This document shows, piece after piece, positions 51,975-64,000 of a stretch of 64,000 bases of DNA. Each line of letters starts with the position of its first letter. Within the stretch, counting starts at the first letter, position 1. The position numbers and the translations under genes are program-made. Source of the stretch: Ginglymostoma cirratum (lineage: Eukaryota); assembly GCA_024137785.1 (NCBI GenBank), contig JAHRHZ010000018.1:14235479-14299478 (forward strand), read 5' to 3'. A model generated the notes under the pieces. The model searched no databases, had not been told where the DNA came from, and saw only the letters and a list, made by a program, of their open reading frames with translations.

Positions 51975-52720
51975 CTCAGCTGATAGCATCTTCAGCTCAG
52001 AGTTGGAATGATCTGGGTTCAAGACCTGTTTCCTGACTTGAGCATGTCAGCCCATAAGGGTGATGGTACCATGGTGGTGATGTTATTAGTGAGCCTGTGT
52101 CCCTCCCTAATGCTCTGACAACATGGGCTCAAATCCCACCTGCTGGTAGAATTGAAATCCTATTACTGAATATTTCAGTAATAGTGACCATGAAATTATT
52201 ATCGATTGCTGTCAAAACCCATTTAGTTCACTTATGCCCTGTAGGAAAGAAAATCCTTTGGCTTCCATGCGACTCGGAACCCACCGCAACATGATTGACT
52301 CTTAACTGTCTTTTGAAATGGCCCCAGCAAACTACTCCGTTCAAGCTCAATTAGGGACACACATCAAATGCAGGACTTTCCAGAGATACCCACAATCATT
52401 GGAAGGACAAAACAAAAATTAAGGCTGAGACTCCCATGCAGCACTGATGGAGTACCTAATGTTAAAGCAAAGTGCGATCTGCTCTCTCTGGTGGTGTCCA
52501 GGATCCCTTGTCACTATTTCAAAGATGTCCTCGAATCAACGTTACAGATACAGATAATGCAGTCGTCATCACTTTTCTGTTTGTTAATGTTTGCTGGATG
52601 CAATCAGCTGTCACATTTCACACATTACAACAGTGATTATCCTTCAAAAGTCCTCAATTACTTATAAAGTGCTTTGGGATATTTTATGGCCATGAGGGGT
52701 GCTATCTAAATGCCAGTCCT
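51975..52720 (+). mobile_element. DeuSINE-like element with nested tRNA-head SINE (about 52065-52400)
   Basis: Deu-like tail cacattacaacagtgattatccttcaaaag...aaagtgctttggga...gtgctatctaaatgc. Confidence 0.6.
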
Positions 52721-53274
52721 TTTCTTCCATTTTGATACATGACAATAATCCCCATAGACATATTGACGAATCAATGGTTACACCAGCTTTGGCTATAATT
52801 TTCAGCTCTGTCTCCAAAACAGGGAGATGTTAGACCAAAAGATGCTATGTGGAGTGCCTTCTGCGGCATAATAACCAATACTTTGCAGCAAAGTTTGTAG
52901 CTATCCTGCATGGTGAGCAATCAAATTTGTAAAGAATCCCCATAACACTACCTTTTATGTATCATCTTAGATTATAATTTTGTTTTTTGCCAAATAGTAA
53001 ACTAATTAAAATGCATGAGTTTATCAGCAAGACCTTTACTCCAGAGCTTTCATCTTGTTTAATAATATTGCTCTATCAAAAAACGTATGTGTTTTGCTTA
53101 ATCATAAGTTCACCCAACTATTAAATATTTTAACAAGCATGTTTTTCTTAGTTTCTTGATGGAAATATTTGTCAAAATCTTCAGGATTCAGATGCTATTA
53201 ATCAACTTTAGTTCTCTTCTAAACTACAAAATCTACAAAACAAAATTAAGTCATTTTCAGTTTTTGTAAAGTCA

Positions 53275-53740
53275 TTGAGTCATACAGCACGGAAACAGAC
53301 CCTTCCGTCCAACTGATCCATGCCAACCAAGTTTCCTCAAACTAAGCGAGTCCAATTTGCCTGCATTTGGCCCATATCTGTCTAAACCCTTCCTATCCAT
53401 GTACCTGTCTAAATGTATTTTAAACGCTGTAATTGTACCAGCAACCACCACTTCCTCTGGCAGCTCCATACACACACCATGCTCTGTGTGAAAAAGTTGC
53501 CCCTCAGGACCCTTTTAAATTTTTCCCCTCTCACCTTAAGCCTATGCCTTCTAGTTTTGGACTCCGTTAAAAGACCTTGGCTATTCATGTTATCTATACC
53601 CTTCACGATTTTATAAACCTCTATAAGGTCTCCACTTCCGACACTCCAGATAAAAAAATCCCAGGCTCTCCTTACAACTCAAACCCTCCGGTCCCAGCAA
53701 CATCTTCGTAAATTTTTTCTGTACCCTTTCTAGTTTAACT
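53275..53740 (-). mobile_element. CR1/HER1-type LINE 3' end
   Basis: KLERVQKKFTKML and RGNFFTQ motifs; tail gtttccgtgctgtatgactc. Confidence 0.85.
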
Positions 53741-56700
53741 ATCTCCCTTTTAATATTTAATGGTGTTACCATCACTGAATTCTCTCGCAGAGTTACCATT
53801 GACCGGAAACTGAACTGGATGAGCCACATAAATGCTGTGATCCAACAGTAGGTCAGAGGCTAGGGATTCCATGGCAAGCAACTCCCCTCCTGTCTCCCCA
53901 AAGCCTGTCTATCATCTACAAGGTATATGTGAGGAATATGATGGAATACTCATCGGTTGCCAGATAGGTGCAGCTCAAAAAACAATCGAAGCTAAATACT
54001 ATTCCAGAATAAACAGCCCACGTGATTGGCACCACACTCAGTTCTAACGTTCAGTTCCTTCACCACCAACATATAGTGGCAGCAATGTGAATCGCCTGAA
54101 AGATGCACCAATTCAGCACCATCCAAGCCCACAGCCTTTCCCACCTTGAAAGGCAAGGTAAGTAGCTGCATGGGAACACCACCCACTGTAAAATCTTACC
54201 ACCACCGCCCCCACCCTGCCCACCACCACCACCATCAAACACACACACACCCATCCACACACCATACCGACTTAGAATTGTATTGTCGCTCCTCTGCTGT
54301 CAGTGGGTCAAAATCATGGGACTACCCTCCTAACAGCGCTCTACACTCCGAGGGGTGGAAAGGTTCAGGAAGGCATCTCACCACCTCCTTTTCCAGGGCA
54401 ATTAGGGATCGGCAGTAAATGCTGACCAAGCCAGTGACATCCAAAAACAAACAAATTTTAAAAATGCAATTCCTAGTTAATGGAGCACCATGCTCAGTCT
54501 CAGTGTGGCAATAATAAGCAGTGGTCTCTAACAAACTTAGCTACGGCTCTTAAAGAGATTTTTAAATGAGTGTGGCAAATGCATCTTAAACTGGCATTCA
54601 TTGTTCGATAGGGTTAGGGTTAGGTTAGTTATCTGCTATAGGAGATATTCAGGAAGTTTTGTTTTGTGAATTCAATCCTATTAGAGAACCTAAGAATAAG
54701 TTTTCTTTTTAAAGCTACAGCCCCACCTATCCACTAGAAATAAAATTGATGTCCGAATGCTAGTATTTTTAGTGCATAAAACAACGGTTCTGCAAGGTTA
54801 ATGTTAGAATCTGCATTAAGGCCAACCCAGTCTGATTGTGTCATACTGGCTTGGGTGAGGATAATACAGAACTGTTCAGGTCTCGTGGAGTGCAGGCAGA
54901 CATACACAGATGTCCTCACAGTTCTACTAACTTCCAGCTGGGCCCAAGAGAGAGAGATGTGGTGCACTCTGGGTGATTTAGCTGTTGTGCCTTAGTTCAA
55001 GCTTGATTTAAATGCTGCCAACCTTTCACAATTTTGGACTTCTTACTGAAGCATGCAGCCACTCAACAATGTTGTTAGCATTGGCCACATATTGCCTTCA
55101 TGTTACCAATAGCTGCAATGGTAGCAATGGGCAAGGGTTAATCCCAGATCACTATCTCCAGTCCATTTCTCGTGAGCTATCGAAAAAACTAAATGTGTTA
55201 ATACTAATGACTACAGATAGCAAAACTGAGCTGGAACAAAAATATTTGGGAGCTGATTGACTCAGTTTAAGCTGCTTGATATGTTCCACTCAATTACCTC
55301 ATCTTTAAACCACAAGGTGACCCTCACAGTGGGCTCCACAAGAAACTGAGTCAGTCAGCTTTTTCCTTGTGTCTCCCTGAGGCAAAGGACAGAATGTTTC
55401 CTTCCTTCCTGAAGCCAATTTTCACAGTGATGGTAACATTTGTACATTCAAGTGCTAAGCTCGCCAAGAGAGCATAAAGCTAGCTGCCAGCAGTCTGCAG
55501 AGGACAGCTTGTTTGACTCATTAGCATGTGCTCCCACCACAGCTTTGATCTTCTTGTACAGTGGGAGATTAAAAAGTCTGGTGAATGCCTCAAATTTAAA
55601 GAGGTGGGGCTCTTTCAGTTTGTCTCAGCAATGATATAACAGATTTCAATCTCTCAGCATACATCTAACCACCACACATTCAAATAACTCCCTTGAAGTA
55701 CAGCAACCCTTTAGGATTCCATGAGGTCTTACCAACATCTGCACCTATACTAATCCCTCTACAGACCTATTGTACATCCTGATGGCTATTCATATCCATT
55801 TTTCTCCTCAGGTACCATTTGTTCGTCCAACTCCAGATTATGTTTTCCCTTGATTCTTTCTTTACCACTTCAGACCAAACTTTCAGTCACCTCTTTCTTG
55901 GATTCTCTCAACTGCTTTGCCTTGAGAAGTTCTCCCAAAAAGCTTCCTAAAATTCCATCATTTTGTTGTAGCCTTCCCTATTCTTTGGGCTCCTTCCATT
56001 TCTCTCCACCTTGCGAGCTAGGTTCTGGTTGTTAGTTTGATGACTTAGATATAAGTAAGGTAGTGCTCGAAATTTGGGAGATTTCTGAAATCAGCTGAGG
56101 ATACCATGAAGGACTCGCCTTCTCAATCTCTTCCCTCACCTGAGGCATGGTGACCCTTAGGTTAGACCACTACCAGTCTTCTTTCTGAAGACAGAACAGC
56201 CTGTGGTCCTCTGGGACTATGACAACTTCACCTGCTTCAAATTTACTTCTGAATGACCATCTATTAAAGGCAAAGGGAACCAAAAGGCAATTCAATGTTG
56301 TTTTTATATTTGTGTCAATGTGTTCACCAATAATATTATTAGCAGGACAAATATTCACATGTATTTTATTTTGTGAACTCTCTAGAACAAAACCAATGCC
56401 AACAGTTCCCATCAAGCAATATTTGGTATAATATGTGCCAGGGCATTTTTTTAAAAATGGAATCTGCGTTGTAATTTTACTCATAAATTGCTATTTTCTG
56501 CTCGAGTATTAAGTCACATGGCTGTATCATTCAAGTGCTTATTCTTGCCTGATAAGAGGTCGCTGTGAACACTTTCAGTTGGCAGGATATGAGTGGCTTG
56601 GCATATTGCTGGTGTAATTTAAGACTTGGATCAGAAAATAGCAGCTTTTCAGCTGGGCAGCAACTGAGCGGGATAATGCCTACAAAATTATTGGCTTGAA

Positions 56701-56889
56701 ATTCATCTTGGGCAGCAACAGAAAGTGGGCAGAATTCTCTCAATCAGCCATGAAATTATCTACTTGATAATCAGTCACATTTATTTCAATGGAAATTAAT
56801 AACTGGGCAGGACATATAACCATTGTGGTCCATTTTCTGCAATCTCACCCAAGGCAAATTTCTGTCTCTATATCTCTACCCAGGAGAAG

Positions 56890-57240
56890 AAACTCTCAAA
56901 TGGCCAGCGTTCCAATAGAGGACAAATAAAATGCTTCAAAGACATTCTTCTTGAAGTACAGCAGTATTGACATGAATGACTGGGAGGGATGTGCTCCCAA
57001 TCATTCCGAATGGCGACAATGTGTCTGTCAATCTGCATCCCACTTCAATACCCAATGTCTTAAATGGTGCAGTGGAGCGAGAGTGGAGAAGGAGAGAAGA
57101 ATAAGAAAACACTGCACTCCCGGTCCCTCTACCTCATAGCACATCCTACCTCAGGTACCCAATACATTAGTGGGCAAAAATCAAGCTGTTCGGTCACGAG
57201 AACATCTTTTTTGCAGAAACTCACAACCTTGAATAGATGA
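56890..57240 (+). mobile_element. RTE-clade LINE 3' fragment
   Basis: SNGQRSNRGQIKCFKDIL...DWEGCAPNHSEWRQ resembles the RTE ORF C-terminus (GxRxxGGQxKRFKD...WExxAxDRxxWR). Confidence 0.65.
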
Positions 57241-59294
57241 CATGTTCAATTCAAAGGGTAGCCAATATCTAGGGCTATAGTATGAAAAAGTGGATTCACA
57301 TTTTAGATAGGCACTGTTCTGATGACGGGTTCTCTGTTGTATATGCAGATAAATCAGGTGTCATCTGCTTTACATGTAGGGATCCACAGGATCTAGTGCA
57401 ATCAAGGAAAAGCACTGACTGGTCTAACTAGAAGAGATTCTTGTATTGAACAAGAAGTAGCTTATCGCATGTTTGCAACTAGTTGCCAGTTACATTAATA
57501 TGATGGACATTGTTAGAGACTTTGAGGAGGACCCAATGTTACGTTGCAGTCCTCCAATATCCTAAGCTTTCTACCCACAAGCCCAAATGACATCATCACT
57601 ACGGATGGTGCTCAAGGCATCCTTTCACATATAACATTCTCAACCCAACTTATTTACTGTTTTCAAATGGTGGGGGCTCTGCTATGTATTTCAATTATTT
57701 TTGGGTTTTATGAATTCCAGATAATGCATTATGTGTATATTAATTGTTACATCAAACATTAAACATTACAAAATAATAATTTTAGGATTCAAGACAGACA
57801 TATTCTGTAGATGTTTTTGGTTCATATTATTGCAGTTATCAATGAGAGCTGGCCGCTTCCTGGAGCTGAACTTGAATTGTCTGATCTCCATAATCCATCA
57901 AGGAATCTTCCAGATAAGGTCGTATGTGGAGGTAAACAAAGATTTTAACTAAAAAATATGCCTGTGTGCAGTATCTGGGCAACACATCAAGAAAGTAAAG
58001 CATAAACAATGTAATCCTTGGATATGCCTCAAAAAACATAGCCACTTCTCCCTGTAGTCTCAAGGCAGAAGGGTGGAAAATGTGGTTTAGACGGTCCATT
58101 AATGGACAACTGGATTTCATTAAGTGAAATCTCTTGCAATTAGCTATTTGCATTGGACAAATAATTAACAAACTCAAATTCACAAGCACGGCTTCCGCAA
58201 ATGTCTCCGGTAAATTCAAATGTATACCATGGCAGTTGCAAACAGTTGCAAATAGATACATGGGGTGTTTTCTCAACATTTTGTGCAAAGTCTTCAGCAG
58301 ACAATCATCTCAATCTTGATAAACAGAATAGGCTTGTTATATAGTATTTAATAGCTTGGCTGAACTTAAGAGAAAGTACACATTTCTGTTGGCTGCATGG
58401 ACTAAGCACTGGCAAATGGCATAAATAAAACTTCCAGGATCAGTGATGGGGGTAGACCTTATCTTGTGATGTCAGTTAACCCTTTCAGGTACTAACTATC
58501 TTATAACATCCATTAGCCACAACACAACATACATCATTATTTCGGTTCTAATATGAAACCAGAGACCTCTATATATCTAGTGATTCAGGCAGATGGTACT
58601 TTGTGAAGGGCAGTGGACAGTCCTACTGTGGGCAGTCATACTGTCCAATCAGGCAATACAACAAAAAAAACTGGTTGACATTTATTCACTGGATTGTCTG
58701 TTATACAGGACTAGGACATTGTCAATTCTTCCTTCCTAGCAGTATAGCATTGGAAAAGGCCATTTGCCCAACTCTTCTGGGCTGTCCTTGCTGATTCGAA
58801 TGACCAATTCCTCAATCTCATGTTTTATGGAGTTATGGATTTATTGTGGAGAGCTGCGAAGTTATTCCTGGTGTTCTGATCAATATTTTCTCACTAATGA
58901 ACATCACAAAAAGAGACCACCTGGTCATTCTCATATTGCTGTTTTTTGGACATTGCTGTGCCATGTTAAAACAGAAACTGCACTTCTAAAATAACTCATT
59001 GGCTGCAAAGTGTTCCTCAGGAGTTTATGGTCATGAAAAGTGCCGTATAAATGTCAGTCATTCTTTTGTTTTGCTTGTGCAACCTTTAGTGAAAAAAAGA
59101 GTTCAGCTGGACTTCTCTTGTTCCACCAAACTTTCAGGTAGACAATTTTGCATTGAAGACTCTTTGCCTTTGATTTCCCAGTCATGGCAAGCTAGTATTT
59201 TTCATTCTCTTAAAATGCAACATAATATTGTCTCCTCTTAGTTATCCCCACTCCTATGGCAATAGTCCCAGTGTTTCTATGTTAACTATAATTT

Positions 59295-60090
59295 TCAGTG
59301 GCAAATGGAGTTTCATTTAGATAAGTGTGAGGTGTTGCATTTTGAAAAGGCAGATCAGGGCAGGACTTACACAGTTAATGTTCAGCTCCTGGGGAGTGTT
59401 GCCCGGCAATGGTGCAGGTTCACAGTCCCTTGAAAGTGGAGTTGCAGGAAGACTGTGTGGTGAAGATGGCATTTGGTTCACTTGCCTTTATTGGTCAGTG
59501 CATTGAATATAGAAGTTGAGAGGTCATGTTGCAGCTGCACAGGACATTGGTTAGGCCACTTTTGGAATACTGCGTTCAGTTTTGGTCTCCCTGCTTTAGG
59601 AAAGATGTTGTTAAACTTCACAGGGTGCAGAAAAGATTTACAAGAATGTTGCCAGGTTTGGAGGGTTTGAGCTATAGGGAGAGGCTGAATAGGCTGAGGC
59701 TATTTTCCCTGGAGCATCAGAGGCTGAGGGGTGACCTTACAGACGTTTATAGAATCATGAGGGGACATGGAAAGGAGAAATCGACAAGATCTTTTTCACA
59801 GGGTAGGTGAGTCCAAAACTAGAGGGCATAGGTTTAAGGTGAGAGGGATCTAAGGGGTAACTTTTTCACACAGAGGGTGGTGTGTGTATGAAATGAGCTG
59901 CCAGAGGAAGTGATGGAAGCTGATACAATTACAACATTAAAAAGGCATCTGGATGGGTACATGAATAGGAAGGGTTTAGAGGGATATGGGCCAAATGCTG
60001 GCAAATAAGATTAGATTAATTTAGGATATCTTGCCGGCATGGACAAATTGGACTGAAGGGTCTGTTTCAGTGTTGTACAATTCTATGATT
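59295..60090 (+). mobile_element. CR1/HER1-type LINE 3' end
   Basis: TLVRPLLEYCVQFWSPCFRKDVVKLHRVQKRFTRMLPGL; tail ttctatgattcta. Confidence 0.9.
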
Positions 60091-61429
60091 CTACTCTGAA
60101 TGATATTAACACCATTTTTGTTATGATGGCACCCATAACTGTACGCAACCTAAGCAACATTCTGGACAAGTTTATCATGAGTTTTTTTTTGCCCTTACAT
60201 CTTCCAACTTCTGAACACCAAAGTGAAGTTGATTTTTCTTAAACAACTTAATCTCAAGTCACACTTGCTCGAAGCTACATTCTCGAACCCATAGGGTCAC
60301 CATTCATCCAATGTTCACCCTTCATCATCCTTTCATTAAATAGAAGCCCCCTCCACCCCTGCCATGTGTTGATTTTCTACATAAAATATTTTAGTTACAT
60401 ATTTAATTTGGTAAACATATTACACTTTTCATATTAAATTGCATCTGCCACCTGATTGCCCATTCTGTAAAATCTGTCCATTTTTAAGTGACTGAATTTC
60501 AGAAGTTATTAATTGTGTGAAGTATTTTAAGATGTTTCTGTGCAAAAGACGCCGTACTAACGCACATATGATTATTTTTATTGTAACTCATAATCAAGGA
60601 TTATCAACATGATCCAGATGGCAGTGTGTTGAGGCATGTGTTATGTCAGCCCACCACCTAACTTGGCCTAAACTGAAAAGTCTTTCTAATTTGCTCACTT
60701 CCCTTCAAGTTCAGTTATTTTTCTGTTAGTCAGGCCTCCAGGACAAGAACAGCTGGATGACATCATGGTTGGGTAAGATTGTACATAAAAGTATTACACG
60801 CACAGAGTTTAATATTGCTCATCATGCCCAGGTTAAATTGCCAAGAACAACTCTCCATTAAACCTTAAAAATTCCCAAGATGATTTCTACAATAAAAGCC
60901 AATTTTGAGTATTCGTATTGTTACAAAGTGATAATGAAAAAGTTGTGCTGTTCAAATGATAGATCAAATATTAAAAGGTATGAAAGACATTCTTTAACTT
61001 TTCAATTTTTTTTCTTGACTTTCCAAGTATCGGTCTGATTTTGTTCAGTAAACATATTTGGGACTGCTGGAACTAATATGCTATCTTTGTCCAAGCTTTC
61101 CGAACAGGTGACAGCCAATTGTATATCGGTAGAGACAGAAGTACTTAAAACCTCAGAGGACAAATTTCATATTGAGATCCAATGGCATATTTATCAACGC
61201 TGAGAGAGCCAATGTCGAGCAATGTTGATCATCTAGCAGCACTTGTATCCACAAGCACTAACGCCTTTTCAATTAGTAGATCATTCAAGTGTGGGAGTAG
61301 AATTCTTCCAATTCCCATAGATTATTTTCCACCTGTTGCAAAGGCTTTTTAGGAATAAGATATGAAAACTGGATGTAAACATATGAAAGAATATACTATC
61401 CAATGCCATTGCCTCTGCCTTATTAACAC

Positions 61430-61860
61430 AGGGCTCAGAAGATATTTACCAGGATGTTGCCGGATTTATAAGGAAAGGCCGAATAGGGGAAACCTTACAA
61501 AGGTTTGTAAAATAATGAGCAGACAAGATAAGGTGAATGACAGGTGACTTTTCCCTCAGGTGGGGGCTTTCAAGGTTATGGGGCATATTTTTAAGGTGAG
61601 AGGAGAAAGGTTTAAAAAAGACACGAGGTGCAATTTTTTTACACAGTGAGTGGTTTGTGCTTGCAATGAACTGCCAGAGAAAGTGGTGGATGCAGGTGCA
61701 GTTACAACCTTTAAAAGACATTTAAATATGTACATGAATAGGAAATGTTTGGAGGGATATGGGCCAAGCACTTGCAGGCGGTATTAGTTTGGTTTGAGAC
61801 TACGGTCAGCATGGACTAGTTGGACCAAAGGGTTTGTTTCCGTGCTGTATGACTCTATGA
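61430..61860 (+). mobile_element. CR1/HER1-type LINE 3' end
   Basis: Same family as 53275 and 59295; tail gtttccgtgctgtatgactctatga. Confidence 0.85.
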
Positions 61861-63463
61861 CAATGTCTCTGTAACACTAGCCTTCCTTGCCCAATGTGCA
61901 GACAATTGGAAAGTGGGAGAGGTGAGAGTACAGAAGGGGGTAGGTAAATGGAGTCATTCTATATCCACCAGCAATACAGTCTCTACAGAGTTCATTCTGA
62001 ACACTGTTACAAGCAAAGGTCACTTTATAAAGTGTCTGATTATTGCATAAACCAGCATGATAGATTGTGTTACCATCGCAGAGTGTTTTGTTGATGGGCT
62101 GTTAGCTTGAGTTATTGTCGATTAATCATTTCAGAATTTTCTCAAGAAACTGTACTTTCTTATGAGCACCAGAACTCCAATGGCACCAACATCTTTGTAA
62201 AATCAGGACGTGAAATTTGAGATCTATTAACATTTCCCAATCACCCCAATAACATGTGATAATTGCAGGGTTTGATACTGATTTGATGGAGTAAAGCACT
62301 GAGCATTACATTTTAAGCCAAGTTTGTTATCCGTCAACTGTGTTTGAGTAATGCTGTAAAGGTTAAGACAACTGACAAATTAACATAAAAACAGAAATTG
62401 CTGGTGAAACACAGCAGGTGTCAAGTTTGAGCTAACAGAACGGGCATATTTTATTTATGAGCAAATGTGTATTGTTTGAGAATTGCAATATAAAAAAAGC
62501 TTACATGAGTCCTGACAGTTATTTAAAACCTTTATTAAAAGAACATACCACCTCACAAAACAGATCTGGTCTACTAAAATACAGTTAAATGCTAATTAAG
62601 CTAACTTAAAGGCTGCAGAATAAATGGGAAAACATGCTGTGAGTCGGATATTGCCCTCATTGTAAATAATTTCCCAAAATTAAAATGTTATTATTAAGAT
62701 CAAATACTGTTGCTATATCCTAAGCACGCCAGTGTGTGTTGCATGCCAATGGAAGGCCAACTATTTATAAGTTGTTTATATGAGGCCATTGAGATCCACC
62801 CTATATTTCTAATTACGTTTACAGATTTCTGTCAATCCCAGATACATTGGCCAGCTTTCCTGACTCTGTAGATATTGGGTGGGTGTGGGGCTTGGAAAAT
62901 AGTGGGGAGCAATTTTAGGATGACTCTCCAAGGCATTCCCACCACTGACCACCAGGGGAGTTTCTCAGGGGTAGGCTGTGAACAGAGTTGGTGTTTATTC
63001 CACCAAGGTGGTCAGCCAACTAATGCAATTAAGTTACTTTTTAGGGTTAAAATAGGGTATTTTGGTACCATCACGACCCTGTAATGTTCTGATGCAGTCA
63101 ACCCTCACAAAGTGGCGTCCCACTGCCAGGTCGAGGAGCCATTGGAGAAGGAGGTGACACTGACAGAGCTGCAGGGAGGAGTGGCAGCAGTCCTGTGTTG
63201 GAATAGGCCTGTGAAGGAATGGCACCTCCAGTCCGATGGTACTGCCTACTTTCGGCCTCTATAATCTTTCACTTCTATATAGGCACCTTAATACTGACAA
63301 GTCCTTCCAATTACCTGTCTGCCTATATCTCCTGGTGCAGATTTGATATCACTAAGGTCTCTATGATGGAGCCAGCAGCTCTCAAAGCCCACACATGACT
63401 GGGCCAGTTAGGAGACCATCTTCCGCAAGGCTGTGCTGGCTACAACGGATAATGATGTGAAGG

Positions 63464-63548
63464 TCACCTGACGAAGGGGCAGCACTCCAAAAGCTTGTGA
63501 TTTCAAATAAACCTTTTGGACTATAACCTGGTGTCATGTGACTTCTGA
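63464..63548 (+). mobile_element. Terminal fragment of another PLE-like family with decayed hammerhead
   Basis: CTGACGA-AGGGGC-agc-ACTCC-AAAAGCTT (GAAA changed to AAAA) followed by aaataaacc...ggactataacctggtg. Confidence 0.55.
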
Positions 63549-63569
63549 TAAAACAGCAGGATCGGGATC

Positions 63570-63935
63570 CATAAGGAGCTTGAGTAGGCCACTTAACGCA
63601 TCAATTTTGCACCATGATTCAATAAGATGATAGCTGATTCAATAATCCTCAACTCCACTTTCCTGCCTTTTCCCCATAACCCTAGACACTCCCACAATGG
63701 GAAACAACCTCTCCACATCTATCCTATCAATTCTCCTACGAATCTCGTATGTTTCAATAACATCTCCACTCATTCTTCTAAACTCCAATGAGTACAATCC
63801 CAAACTACTCAGCCTGTCCTCACAAGAAAATTCCTCCATATCTGGGATCAGCCTAGTGAATTTCTCTGGACTACCTTCAATGTCAGTATATCTTTCCTTG
63901 GGTAAGGGAACCAAATCTGTTCACAGTATTCCATC
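63570..63935 (-). mobile_element. CR1-type LINE 3' end
   Basis: KFTRLIPDM...LGLYSLEFRRMSGDVIETY. Confidence 0.85.
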
Positions 63936-64000
63936 TGTCCCTACACCAGCCCTTAAATCCAGCTGTCAGTTTATACATTTCTACTTCATATTATTTTGAA

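Noticed and set aside
54611-54628. GGGTTAGGGTTAGGTTAG telomere-like repeat
   Set aside because: Only about two units; too short to call an interstitial telomeric site.
1-64000. CRISPR array, operon or viral genes
   Set aside because: Eukaryotic repeat-rich DNA; no regularly spaced direct repeats, and all RT/integrase hits belong to retrotransposons.

Overview
Vertebrate genomic DNA, most likely from a cartilaginous fish (shark), judged from HE1/V-SINE-like, DeuSINE-like, CR1 and Penelope repeats; the taxon is an inference. The only recognisable host gene is the 5' end of the long form of LTBP1 (latent TGF-beta binding protein 1) on the minus strand. Coding exon 1 is 35612-35994, exon 2 is 34074-34144 (not captured as an ORF in the supplied track) and exon 3 is 4835-5117. 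All junctions are GT-AG and in phase, and the gene continues past position 1. A candidate promoter with CRE, CCAAT and CAGAC motifs lies at about 36360-36430. The rest is intronic or intergenic DNA full of mobile elements: many CR1, L2, RTE and Tx1 LINE fragments, several SINE families, a decayed Gypsy element with both LTRs and a TSD, a solo LTR, a Tigger-like MITE and a rearranged young Penelope-like element (PLE). The most striking signal is a set of short PLE-derived insertions carrying minimal hammerhead-ribozyme cores (CTGANGA-stem II-GAAAC-NUH). Several are fold-back units, one with a 15-bp target-site duplication. One intact core is in sense orientation in LTBP1 intron 2 and has a 93-bp identical inverted partner on the other side of exon 3. 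Repeat-family names come from recalled consensus features rather than a database search, and repeat boundaries are approximate unless a TSD is cited.
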